From contig CAVTRN010000002.1 of NCBI GenBank assembly GCA_963737155.1, forward strand, positions 1,312,001-1,376,000: a stretch of DNA of 64,000 nucleotides, read 5' to 3'. Position numbers and translations under genes: made by a program. Of the stretch, positions 18,423 to 27,698 are shown piece after piece (positions within the stretch are counted from its first letter, which is position 1; the number at the start of each line of letters is the position of its first letter). A model generated the notes under the pieces. It did no database searches and had not been told where the DNA came from. It saw only the letters and a list, made by a program, of their open reading frames with translations. The DNA comes from Nitrospirota bacterium (GTDB lineage Bacteria > Nitrospirota > UBA9217).

Positions 18423-19814
18423 TTATGTCCAGCGGCTCTGCCGGGCCGGTTTGGTTGATCTGAAATCGGAGAATTTCCCTTCATCCGTCTTTCGGCTTCT
18501 CTTCTCATCTCTCGTGAACCGAGAATCCCTGTTTGATTTCCCGGCGGGTCGAGCAGCGAAGGAGTTTTTCGGTGCCATGCCTTGACCGTACCGTCTTGCT
18601 GCGGTTTCGCTTTGCCCGCGCTTGCCCGATGAAGGGCCTGGCCTGCTTGCGGTAAAACCTCTGCGAAGCGGGCGGGAAGGTTCCAGACCCGGGATCACCT
18701 GCTGCGGAATAGTCTGGCCGATGTAGCGCTCGATCTGGCGCAGGGAATCAACTTCTTTAGAGGAAGCGAAGGAGATTGCAATGCCCGATGCTCCGGCTCT
18801 GCCGGTGCGGCCGATGCGATGAACGTAATCCTCGGCGTTTTTCGGTAGATCGAAATTGATCACGTGGGTGATACCGTTGACATCGAGTCCTCGCGCCGCG
18901 ACGTCGGTTGCCACGAGAAGGCGGATTTTGCCGCGCCGCATGTTCATGATCGTCCGGTTCCGAGCGTTCTGGTTCATATCGCCGTGCAAAGCCGCTGCCG
19001 AATGTCCCTGCGCCGAAAGTTCACGGGCAATCTGATCGGCATTGCGCTTCGTTCCGGAAAAAATGATCGCCCTAGTCATGCCGCTGTCGGCGATCAGGTG
19101 ATTCAGTATCCTGTTCTTATGCTGCATGTCGTCTGCGGTGTGCAGACGCTGTTCGATCGCTTCAAGGGTGGTCTTCTTTCCGGCGATTTCGATGCGCACA
19201 GGGTCTTTAAGCAGGCGCCGGGCAAGTTTCGCCATCGCATTGTCCATAGTCGCTGTGAACATCAGGGTTTGGCGCGAAGCCGGTGTGGCCGCGGCGATAG
19301 TGTCCACTGCGTCGCTGAAACCCATATCGAGCATGCGGTCGGCTTCATCAAGGATGAGAAGCTCAAGACGGGTGAAATCAATTCGTCCTCTTTCCATATG
19401 GTCCATGAGACGTCCCGGCGTGGCCACAATGAGGTCTACGGGCTGGGACAAGAGCCGCTGCTGCTCGAAGTAGGGCATGCCACCAAGAATGGCGCCGCTC
19501 CGGATGCGCATAAACTTTCCGTAGGTGCTTACCGCCGCTGTCACCTGATTGGCCAGTTCGCGTGTGGGTGTGAGCACGAGCACGCGGGGTCCTTTGGATT
19601 TTTTCATTGACGTCGACGGCACGCACAGGCGCATGAGTGCCGGCAGCACGAAAGCTGCGGTCTTGCCGGTGCCGGTCTGGGCCGTGGCGATCAGATCTAG
19701 ACCTGCCAAAGCCTTGGGAATGGCCTGCTCCTGGATCGGTGTGGGTGCGGCATAGCCACACAGTTTAACCGCCTTGAGGATTGCTTCGTTAAGCTGCAAG
19801 GTAGAAAAAGACAT
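18423..19814 (-). CDS. DEAD-box RNA helicase, RhlE-like
   Basis: AQTGTGKT, PTRELA, TPGR, DEADRMLDMGF, HRIGRTGRAG; basic C-terminal tail. Confidence 0.95.
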   Translation of the reverse strand: MSFSTLQLNEAILKAVKLCGYAAPTPIQEQAIPKALAGLDLIATAQTGTGKTAAFVLPALMRLCVPSTSMKKSKGPRVLVLTPTRELANQVTAAVSTYGKFMRIRSGAILGGMPYFEQQRLLSQPVDLIVATPGRLMDHMERGRIDFTRLELLILDEADRMLDMGFSDAVDTIAAATPASRQTLMFTATMDNAMAKLARRLLKDPVRIEIAGKKTTLEAIEQRLHTADDMQHKNRILNHLIADSGMTRAIIFSGTKRNADQIARELSAQGHSAAALHGDMNQNARNRTIMNMRRGKIRLLVATDVAARGLDVNGITHVINFDLPKNAEDYVHRIGRTGRAGASGIAISFASSKEVDSLRQIERYIGQTIPQQVIPGLEPSRPLRRGFTASRPGPSSGKRGQSETAARRYGQGMAPKNSFAARPAGKSNRDSRFTRDEKRSRKTDEGKFSDFRSTKPARQSRWT

Positions 19815-20257
19815 ATTACTCCTTTGATTTCGTGCCCCGGAATATCGTAAGTGAGTCCGGATGCAGAAATCCCGTTAGGGGTTTGCGTGCAGGCCGCAGG
19901 GACACATGGTATTCCTGAGAGCGAAAATGATACCAGCACAAATATGACCGGCATAACTCCATCGTTCGCCAACCATAAGTGCTACTGCATTTTCAGAGTG
20001 AGGGCTGAAAACAAGGGGGGTTGATGATCGATGATATGAAGGGCAGAGAAGATGATGACGTGTGAGTGTACTTCAGTCAGATTCCTGCCACATTGTTAAA
20101 CAGTCGGTTTGTATGATACAGATATTCTTTGAAATAGCAAGAACTATTTTTAAACGCGCGGATCACTAAGAAGCGTAACCCCTCATGCCACGAGAAGGAG
20201 ATGGCTCACGAGGGAGTTATCTTCGCCCAACCTGCGTTTGCCCTCTGTAGCCATGAC

Positions 20258-21262
20258 TCAGAGCGGCATGGTGGGGCGGGGGTTTAAATCGAGTTTCGAT
20301 GTTTCGCCGCGCTTGTAATGAAGATAACCCGTGAGTGCGATCATGGCGGCATTGTCGATGCAGAGGCCCATGCCCGGGAGGTAGAGCGCGATACTCCGTT
20401 TCTCCGATTCCGCTTGCATTTTTCCCCTGAGCGAGCTGTTCGCTGCGACGCCGCCTGCGACTACGATCTTGTCCACGCCTGTTTCAAGCGCTGCCTTCAA
20501 GGTTTTCTCGACGAGAGTATCCACAACTGCTGCTTGAAACCCAGCAGCCACATCCCTGATGTTAAGATCCGGATCGATACCCCTGTCCTTGCTCATGAAA
20601 AGTGCGATATGGTTTCTCACCGCGGTTTTAAGACCGCTAAAGCTAAAGTCGTAACCTTCAAGATGGCAACGCGGAAACTTTATGGCCGTGGGATCGCCTA
20701 CCTGGGCGAGGCGGTCAACCACCGGGCCGCCGGGATATTCGAGACCCATGAGCTTGGCGACTTTGTCAAAAGCTTCGCCCGCTGCATCATCCCTGGTTTG
20801 TCCGAGCAGGCCATACTCACCGAGTCCCCTGACTTGGTAGAGCGCTGTATGGCCGCCCGAAACGAGTAGGGCGATGTAAGGGTAACCGATAACAGGATAT
20901 TCGATATGCGCCGCAAGGATATGCCCTTCACCGTGGTGCACGCCGATAAAGGGGATGTTAAGTGCATAAGCAATGGATTTGGCGACTGATACCCCGACGA
21001 GCAAAGCCCCGATCAGACCGGGCGTGTAGGTCACGGCCACAAGGTTGATGTCGCCGAGTGAGACCGAAGCCGAGACGAGCGCCTCGCGGATGATAGGTAC
21101 CAAGTTTTTCAGGTGCTCGCGGGATGCAAGCTCGGGAACCACGCCTCCGTATTTCTTATGGATGTCGATCTGTGAAGACACGATGTTTGAAAGGACTTTT
21201 TCGTCCTGAAGCACCGCAGCCGCGGTTTCATCGCATGAAGTCTCTATCCCGAGGATAAACAT
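20258..21262 (-). CDS. tsaD: tRNA t6A37 threonylcarbamoyltransferase
   Basis: LGIETSCDET, GGVVPELASREH, HHGEGH, SGGHT, DDAAGEAFDK, FSFSGLKT, DNAAMIA. Confidence 0.97.
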   Translation of the reverse strand: MFILGIETSCDETAAAVLQDEKVLSNIVSSQIDIHKKYGGVVPELASREHLKNLVPIIREALVSASVSLGDINLVAVTYTPGLIGALLVGVSVAKSIAYALNIPFIGVHHGEGHILAAHIEYPVIGYPYIALLVSGGHTALYQVRGLGEYGLLGQTRDDAAGEAFDKVAKLMGLEYPGGPVVDRLAQVGDPTAIKFPRCHLEGYDFSFSGLKTAVRNHIALFMSKDRGIDPDLNIRDVAAGFQAAVVDTLVEKTLKAALETGVDKIVVAGGVAANSSLRGKMQAESEKRSIALYLPGMGLCIDNAAMIALTGYLHYKRGETSKLDLNPRPTMPL

Positions 21263-21371
21263 GGTTTGGTAATCGTAATACTGTCAGGATTACAGTGGGA
21301 CAAGGGACAGGCGGCAAGAGTCAAATAATAAAGTCCTATTGACCTATGGTGCCTGACTCGTGACTCTGTGT

Positions 21372-22328
21372 TTACTGCATTAACCACGATACCGGCACGA
21401 TCTCGAAGCCTTGGTTTCCCGCATCTGCGAGCCACTTGCGGAGTTCAATGATTGTATCAGGATGGGGATGGCCGATACCGATGGCCTTTCCATTTTTTCG
21501 GGCTATTTCGACAAGCTCATCGAGCTGTTTCCGGATGGATGCGGGATTGTCGAAGTCATTGTCTAAGAAAACATCACGTTTTCCGGATCTGAGGCCGAAC
21601 TCTTTTGCCGTGGCGTAGGCAACACTCTTCGCGCTGGTGAGACTATCGAGAAACATCAGGTTCCGCGCTTTGAGATCCGCCATCAGGAACTTCATGGCTT
21701 CTTTATTCTCCGTGAGCGCTGATCCTTCATGATTGTTGATGCCGACTGCACCGGGAACCGACTCGACATCGCTACTCACGGTATTCAAAAATTCCATGGG
21801 GGTCATGTTAGACCGAAGAATCCCGGGCGCCGGCTTCCCGTTCTTGCCCCGGTATTCCATGGGCACGTGGATCAAAACTTCATGACTGCTTTGTTCTGCC
21901 AGCTCCGCAACGTTCTTGGACTGGGCCAGCCCGGGCATGACGGAAAAAGTGATCTTGGCAGGCAGTGAAAGTATATTCCGTGCCTGTTTCACGTCCATGC
22001 CGAGATCGTCGATCACGATGGCGATTTGGACGGTCTTTGACGGCGAGGCGCTGCCTAAAAGTGTTGGGACTGGTTTGTGTTTTAGTAGTTCTCTTTTTGG
22101 CTGAGGCACAGATGGTTTTTCGGGAGACTTTTTGGCAAATGGAGCCATCTCCTGCTTCCTGACCTTCTGTGCCTGCTTCTTTTCCTCTAGGGGATGGAAC
22201 CTGTGCAAAGGTCTCCACAGTACAGCCATGATCAGTACGAGGGAAATCAGGATTCCAGCTATAAGCCAGTGGTCGAAATGGCTGCCTCCCCTTTTTTTCG
22301 CAGGGTGCTTCTTTGTTTTTTTTGCCAT
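21372..22328 (-). CDS. Divergent polysaccharide deacetylase family protein (YibQ-like)
   Basis: N-terminal TM; IAIVIDDLG, HVPME, NNHEGS, FLDSLT, RDVFLDN, IGHP. Confidence 0.9.
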   Translation of the reverse strand: MAKKTKKHPAKKRGGSHFDHWLIAGILISLVLIMAVLWRPLHRFHPLEEKKQAQKVRKQEMAPFAKKSPEKPSVPQPKRELLKHKPVPTLLGSASPSKTVQIAIVIDDLGMDVKQARNILSLPAKITFSVMPGLAQSKNVAELAEQSSHEVLIHVPMEYRGKNGKPAPGILRSNMTPMEFLNTVSSDVESVPGAVGINNHEGSALTENKEAMKFLMADLKARNLMFLDSLTSAKSVAYATAKEFGLRSGKRDVFLDNDFDNPASIRKQLDELVEIARKNGKAIGIGHPHPDTIIELRKWLADAGNQGFEIVPVSWLMQ

Positions 22329-22423
22329 GCAAACATTTTATACATTATTGTGACGAAAAAAACCAGTTTTTTTTACTATCACGGTGGAAACGGTCGTATT
22401 TTACCGCAAAAACTTTTTTTGAC

Positions 22424-22452
22424 TTGACTTAGTCAAATGCGGATTTTATACT
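22424..22452 (+). promoter_or_regulatory. Sigma70-type promoter of the DAHP synthase gene
   Basis: TTGACT-17 bp-TATACT, with palindrome TTGACTTAGTCAA over the -35. Confidence 0.65.
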
Positions 22453-22501
22453 GCAACCATGCAATGCAACCGTATCATGCAGGGAAAGATTGGAGAACCC
22501 C

Positions 22502-23530
22502 ATGAGTTTTGAGTATATTCGTGAAATACCGCGGCCCGAAGAAATTATTGCCGCAATTCCGTTGTCGCCAGAACTGAATGCTGTCAAGAAGAAACAGGAT
22601 CGGGATATCCGGGGAATATTTAACAATGAGACGAGCAAGTTCGTCCTTATCATCGGGCCGTGCTCGGCCCATGACGAAGATGCTGTGTGCGATTATATTT
22701 CGCGGCTTGCCCAGGTCCAGAACGAGGTCAGGGATAAGATCGTTATTATCCCCCGGATATATACCAATAAACCTCGGACAACCGGCATTGGTTACAAGGG
22801 CATGGCTCATCAGCCGAACCCGCAGGAAGAGCCTAATATCGTCGAAGGCATCAAGGCCATCAGAAGAATGCACCTTCGGGCGCTCAAGGAATCCCATCTT
22901 CCAGCGGCCGATGAAATGCTTTATCCCGGAAACTACCCTTATCTTGAGGACGTGCTGAGCTACGTTGCTGTTGGCGCCCGCTCCGTGGAAAATCAGGCTC
23001 ATCGGCTGACCTGCAGTGGTCTCGACATCCCTGTAGGCATGAAAAACCCGATCTCAGGCGATATGGAAGTGACGCTCAATTCCATTCAGGCCGCACAAGC
23101 TCCCCATATTTTCAGCTACAATCGATGGGAAGTAAAGACACCGGGAAATCCCCTAACCCATGCCGTGCTTCGGGGGGCCGTAGACTATCATGGCCTCGCA
23201 GTTCCAAACTATCATTACGAGGATCTCGTCATCTTCGCTGAGTCGTACAAAAAGCGTGGTCTGACCAATCCCTCAATCATTGTGGACACGAACCATGCCA
23301 ATTCGAATAAAAAATTCGCTGAACAGCCCCGCATTGCAAAGGAAGTGATGCGGAGCCGTCAGCATTCTCTATTATTGAAAAGCATGATCAAGGGCTTCAT
23401 GATCGAGAGCTTCATAGAGGAAGGGTCGCAGAAGGTGATGGACAATGTGTATGGAAAATCCATTACCGATCCCTGCCTGGGCTGGAAGGATTCGGAGAAA
23501 CTGATTCGCGATCTGGCCGAGATGGTATAG
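22502..23530 (+). CDS. 3-deoxy-7-phosphoheptulonate (DAHP) synthase, class I-alpha
   Basis: IGPCSAH, KPRTTG, AVGARS, PVGMKN, HAVLRG, DTNHANS, YGKSITDPCLGW. Confidence 0.95.
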   Translation: MSFEYIREIPRPEEIIAAIPLSPELNAVKKKQDRDIRGIFNNETSKFVLIIGPCSAHDEDAVCDYISRLAQVQNEVRDKIVIIPRIYTNKPRTTGIGYKGMAHQPNPQEEPNIVEGIKAIRRMHLRALKESHLPAADEMLYPGNYPYLEDVLSYVAVGARSVENQAHRLTCSGLDIPVGMKNPISGDMEVTLNSIQAAQAPHIFSYNRWEVKTPGNPLTHAVLRGAVDYHGLAVPNYHYEDLVIFAESYKKRGLTNPSIIVDTNHANSNKKFAEQPRIAKEVMRSRQHSLLLKSMIKGFMIESFIEEGSQKVMDNVYGKSITDPCLGWKDSEKLIRDLAEMV

Positions 23531-23875
23531 GTTAGAAAATACAACACTAAGCGCCGAGTTTTATCACCCATGGTTTTAAAAAACCGTCTCTTCACGGGGG
23601 GCTAAGGCGCGGGTCGCGAAACAACCAGAAAAGTATCGTTCTAATGCGATGTGGATAAATGTCTGCCTCCCTGATATACTGAGGGAACTGTCTGGCCGAA
23701 GACAATATCTATACACGGCGTCAAATATAATTGCTCATAAACTTCCATTTTTGGCTTGATATCTGTTATTTTGCAATAAGGACATGCGCAACTATTTATG
23801 ACGCTGAGTATAGATAGCCAGACTGGTCTATCACCATGACGAGTGGTATGTCCATCTCGTCTATGCAATTCCCAG

Positions 23876-24270
23876 AAAGCATCCAGTCTTAACCAAAAAC
23901 GGTCTCGTCAACGTTCCCACCTGTTTCACGGCTTAACCAAAGCTCTTGTCAGCGATGTGCGGCGTCTCCACGATCATCGTGGGGGAACTCAATGGCATTA
24001 GAGATGGCAAGGGATGGGGGAACAGAGAATCAGAAAAATCACAAATGGCCTTTGACCTGATCATCAAAATGCTCACGCGCAAAGACAGCTTAAAGGTGTC
24101 CGCGCTGTGAAAATAGACGGAGCTACACGAGCCAAACCTGTTGTATTGTCATGCAAAGCGAAAATCCAATCGTGATCATGGTGGTCTCTACGTTTTGCAA
24201 CCAATGCGTCGCCGTAATAAATGCTGACGTAAACGGGGTAATCAACATCCTGAAAAGGTGCCTTTCTCCG
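23876..24270 (+). pseudogene. tnpB: Frameshifted, 5'-truncated TnpB (RNA-guided endonuclease) remnant
   Basis: Across several frameshifts: SHLFHGLTKALV / GVSTIIVGELNGIR / NQKNHKWP / FDLIIKMLT / SYTSQTC / GLYV / CNQC..INADVNGVINILKR. Confidence 0.8.
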
Positions 24271-24508
24271 TTTGTTCAAAAGAAGCGGGGCCAATATGTA
24301 TTTGGAGCCACCCTCCTGGTATCTTCTAGGGCAAATAAATGTCTCCTGGAGTAATGGTTGCTTGGCACAGCCCGCGGTCAGCCGGTTTGTCTGGAGAAAT
24401 ATACCAGGTTAGTGACATCAGCTCATAAGCGGGGGACGTGGCAAACATCTTTGCCGCATCTGCGAACAGAATCTATAGTGGCTTGGAGCAGTTGCAGCGA
24501 CTGATTCG

Positions 24509-24543
24509 GGAATCCCCGGCCTTCAGGCCGGGGAGGATGTCAA
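24509..24543 (+). mobile_element. IS605/IS1341-type right end
   Basis: GGAATCCCCGGCCTTCAGGCCGGGGAGGATGTCAA: hairpin plus terminal TCAA, downstream of the tnpB remnant. Confidence 0.8.
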
Positions 24544-24620
24544 GATAATATTGTAACCATGTTAATAGGGTAACCACTTAAATCATCATCGCAGTTGATA
24601 AATAGCACGGGAGGTTGGCC

Positions 24621-25016
24621 ATGAAATGGAAAAAGTATCTTCTGACAGCGTTGTTGCTAATCGTATCTGGCCTGCTGGTATTATCAGCAGTGGCAGAGGA
24701 ACGACAAGCAACAGCGGTAGAGAAATCCCAGCAGAAGGAGCAGTACGAAAAGAGCATGGAAGAACGGCTCAGGAAGCTCGGGAAACAGTTAGATGAACTA
24801 AAATCCAAAGCTGCAACCATGGCAGAACGAATGAAAAAAGACACGAAGGAGGATCTGAATGCTGCTGAAAAAAAGAGGAAGATTGCTTCGCAAAAGCTGG
24901 AACAAATGAGAAACGAAACTGAAGAGAAATGGAAGAAATTTTCGAAGAAAATGAACGAAGCGGTATATGACTTCGAAAAGGCCTATAAAAAGGCGAAATC
25001 CCACTTTAAAGAGTAG
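24621..25016 (+). CDS. Exported, highly charged coiled-coil protein of unknown function
   Basis: GGAGG RBS, signal peptide (MKWKKYLLTALLLIVSGLLVLSAVA), K/E-rich helical body. Confidence 0.75.
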   Translation: MKWKKYLLTALLLIVSGLLVLSAVAEERQATAVEKSQQKEQYEKSMEERLRKLGKQLDELKSKAATMAERMKKDTKEDLNAAEKKRKIASQKLEQMRNETEEKWKKFSKKMNEAVYDFEKAYKKAKSHFKE

Positions 25017-25236
25017 GCATCCAAAGATGTCTTCATGAAAAAAGTTGTCATTCCCGTCTACCAGAAAAGCGCAAAAGAATGAGAAAGCGCGGACTGAGAA
25101 AATCATCAACATTTCCGTCCGGAATCAGCGCGTTTCAGGGAATGCTCTTGGTAAACGTGGGTTTGAAACTGAGATGAAGAAGGATAGTTTCTATATACCA
25201 GCGGGTTCTGCGCGTGGATATCAATTTATTTTAACT

Positions 25237-25362
25237 TGCAATTCCCTGTAGCTTGCTACAGGGAATTGCATAGAGGGAAGAGTTTGAGAAACTGCAGGTT
25301 TCTCAAAAGATAATCGTCTTCCTTTTTATAGATACCCCGCAGCTTGCTGCGGGGAGGTTCAA
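25237..25362 (+). mobile_element. Non-autonomous IS200/IS605-derived palindromic mini-element (PATE/MITE-like)
   Basis: Hairpin TGCAATTCCCTGTAGCTTGCTACAGGGAATTGCA, an internal hairpin, then CCCCGCAGCTTGCTGCGGGG-AGGTTCAA; same GCTTGC core as the IS at 15860-16398. Confidence 0.7.
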
Positions 25363-25368
25363 TAGAAC

Positions 25369-26664
25369 TTATCGTTCTCTTCCTCTTCCGCGGGTGGGAA
25401 TAGAATTTGGCTTTCTCTCTTTTGCTTTTTGAGACAGCCCATCTTCGGGTAATTCCGTTCCCTTTGCTATCACTACAATGCCCGACGGTGTCACATGATA
25501 GTGCTTCCTGTCTGTCTCGACATTATAGCCGATTTCGGTTTCCGGGGGAATGATCACATCCTTGTCGATGATCGCATTTCGAATGCGGCTGTGCCTGCCG
25601 ATATCGACATTCTCCAAAAGAATTGAATCGTGGACTTCGCTGTAGCTGTTAACGCGCACATTGGGTGACAGCACCGAATTCTGAACCCGGCCGCCGCTGA
25701 TGATGCAGCCGTGCGAGACAATAGAGTCTAGGGCAAGGCCGAGTCTTCCGCCTCTCTTTTCTTGGGCGAACACAAACTTGGCTGGAGGGTTCTGCGCCTG
25801 ATAGGTGCGAATAGGCCAGGCCTTGTCATACAGGTTCAGCAACGGGTCCACGCTCACCAGGTCCCTGTTCGCTTCCCAATAGGCATCGATGGTCCCTACG
25901 TCGCGCCAGTACTTTGCTTCTTTCTTGTTCTCGTCTTTGAAATTGTAAGCGCAAACCCGGGAAGTCTTCATCATCTGCGGAATGATGTTTTTGCCGAAAT
26001 CATGGGCCGTGTCCTGAAGGGCATCCGATTGCAGATATGCGATCACGGTTTTGGTATTGAAGAGATAAATGCCCATGGATGCAAAAACCAGGTTCGGCTG
26101 GCCCGGAATATGCTTGGGATTCCGTGGTTTTTCCTCGAACCCCACAATCCGACAGCCATCCTTTCGATCAACCTCGATAACGCCAAAGGCAGCTGCGCTT
26201 TTTTTCGGGATTTCAATCGCGGCAACAGTCGCATCCGCTTTCTGCTCCTGGTGGAATCTGTACATTTCGGAATAATCCATCTTATAAATATGGTCGCCGG
26301 CTAGCACGAGTAAATGATCGGGAGCGTCCTTCTCGATCATATAGATGTTCTGATAGATAGCATCGGCCGTTCCCTGGTACCACTTGTCGCTCACACGCTG
26401 CTGGGGCGGAACGGAAATGATGTACTCATCCAATTCTCCCGAAAAAAGATTCCATGCTAGCCGCAAGTGCTTGTCCAGAGACAGAGACTTGTACTGAGGC
26501 AGAACGGCAATTTTGCGAATCCCGGAATTGATGCAGTTTGATAACGTAAAATCGATGATCCGGTAGATCCCGCCAAAAGGGACTGCAGGTTTTGCTCGGT
26601 GGATGGTGAGGGGATGCAGCCGTTCTCCCTTGCCGCCTGCAAGTATCATTGCAAGAATACCCAT
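25369..26664 (-). CDS. glgC: Glucose-1-phosphate adenylyltransferase
   Basis: LAGGKGERL, RAKPAVPFGG, WYQGTADA, GDHIYKMDY, HDFGKNIIP, YWRDVGT. Confidence 0.97.
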   Translation of the reverse strand: MGILAMILAGGKGERLHPLTIHRAKPAVPFGGIYRIIDFTLSNCINSGIRKIAVLPQYKSLSLDKHLRLAWNLFSGELDEYIISVPPQQRVSDKWYQGTADAIYQNIYMIEKDAPDHLLVLAGDHIYKMDYSEMYRFHQEQKADATVAAIEIPKKSAAAFGVIEVDRKDGCRIVGFEEKPRNPKHIPGQPNLVFASMGIYLFNTKTVIAYLQSDALQDTAHDFGKNIIPQMMKTSRVCAYNFKDENKKEAKYWRDVGTIDAYWEANRDLVSVDPLLNLYDKAWPIRTYQAQNPPAKFVFAQEKRGGRLGLALDSIVSHGCIISGGRVQNSVLSPNVRVNSYSEVHDSILLENVDIGRHSRIRNAIIDKDVIIPPETEIGYNVETDRKHYHVTPSGIVVIAKGTELPEDGLSQKAKERKPNSIPTRGRGRER

Positions 26665-27209
26665 GGATAATCGTTCTCCTGTAAACAGTAATTACAAGTA
26701 AAATAATAGCAGGAGGCAGCGCCAGTGTCAATCAAGGGGGGTAGGCATTTCATAACTCTCCTGCTCCTATCCCTGGCGGATGCGTACGAATGGAAAATCG
26801 CAATTTTCGCATGAAATTTATTTATAGTATTTATGAATCATTCAGGTACGGGGTTGGCTAAAGAAAAGTCTTACGTTCCGGTCTCCGATGTAGTATATAT
26901 GTCATAATCTACGAATCTATCAGGTATCGAGGTTGAACGTTTGCTGCGATTTAAAAATCGAATTTTCTCCGCAGAGGCTTGGCCTGCTATCATGATGACG
27001 TATGTCTTATGGCAGACCCATAAATGGCCTATTGTGTATTTATTAGTATTTAGACTTGATTTTTTATTTGATGGTTGTTAAAATACATCTCCTTCAATTT
27101 CTATAAAATTGGGTTTTTTCTCATAGTTACAAAAAGCAACCCCATGCAATTTTGCATAACGCGAAAGTACTATGCCTTATGTATCTAATTATTAAGGGAG
27201 GTCGCAAAC

Positions 27210-27698
27210 GTGCTCCAGCAGGAAGATTTAAAAAAGGTTGAGACAGTTCTTGATGATGCTGCCGGACAGCGAGGCATTCTCATCGCCGTACTCCAGAGAG
27301 TCCAGGAAAAGATTGGCTACTTGCCAGAAGAAGCCATGGAAATGATTGCCGAAAGGCTGAATTTGTCCCTGAACAACGTGTATGGTGTCGCATCATTCTA
27401 CAAGCATTTCCATTTTAAACCGCGGGGCAAAAATGTGGTCAAGGTCTGCATGGGCACGGCATGCCATGTGAGAGGAGCAAGGGCGGTGCTAACCGAAATG
27501 GAGAACAAACTCGGGATCAAGGAGGGCGAGACCACGAAGGATCTTGCAGTCACGCTCGAGACTGTGGGATGCGTCGGGTGCTGCGCCCTGGCACCAGTAG
27601 CTACGGTGAACGATCAGGACCTTTACGGCGAACTCACCGCGAAGATGGTGGATGACATTGTAGTAATGGCGAGGAGCGAACATGGATCTCACGTTTAA
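27210..27698 (+). CDS. NuoE/HydC-like thioredoxin-fold [2Fe-2S] subunit
   Basis: YGVASFY, CMGTACHVRGA, CVGCCALAP; GGGAGG RBS and GTG start. Confidence 0.93.
   Translation: MLQQEDLKKVETVLDDAAGQRGILIAVLQRVQEKIGYLPEEAMEMIAERLNLSLNNVYGVASFYKHFHFKPRGKNVVKVCMGTACHVRGARAVLTEMENKLGIKEGETTKDLAVTLETVGCVGCCALAPVATVNDQDLYGELTAKMVDDIVVMARSEHGSHV

Noticed and set aside
23641-23868. Minus-strand ORF containing CACPYC
   Set aside because: No RBS or family signature; it sits in AT-rich DNA beside the tnpB remnant.
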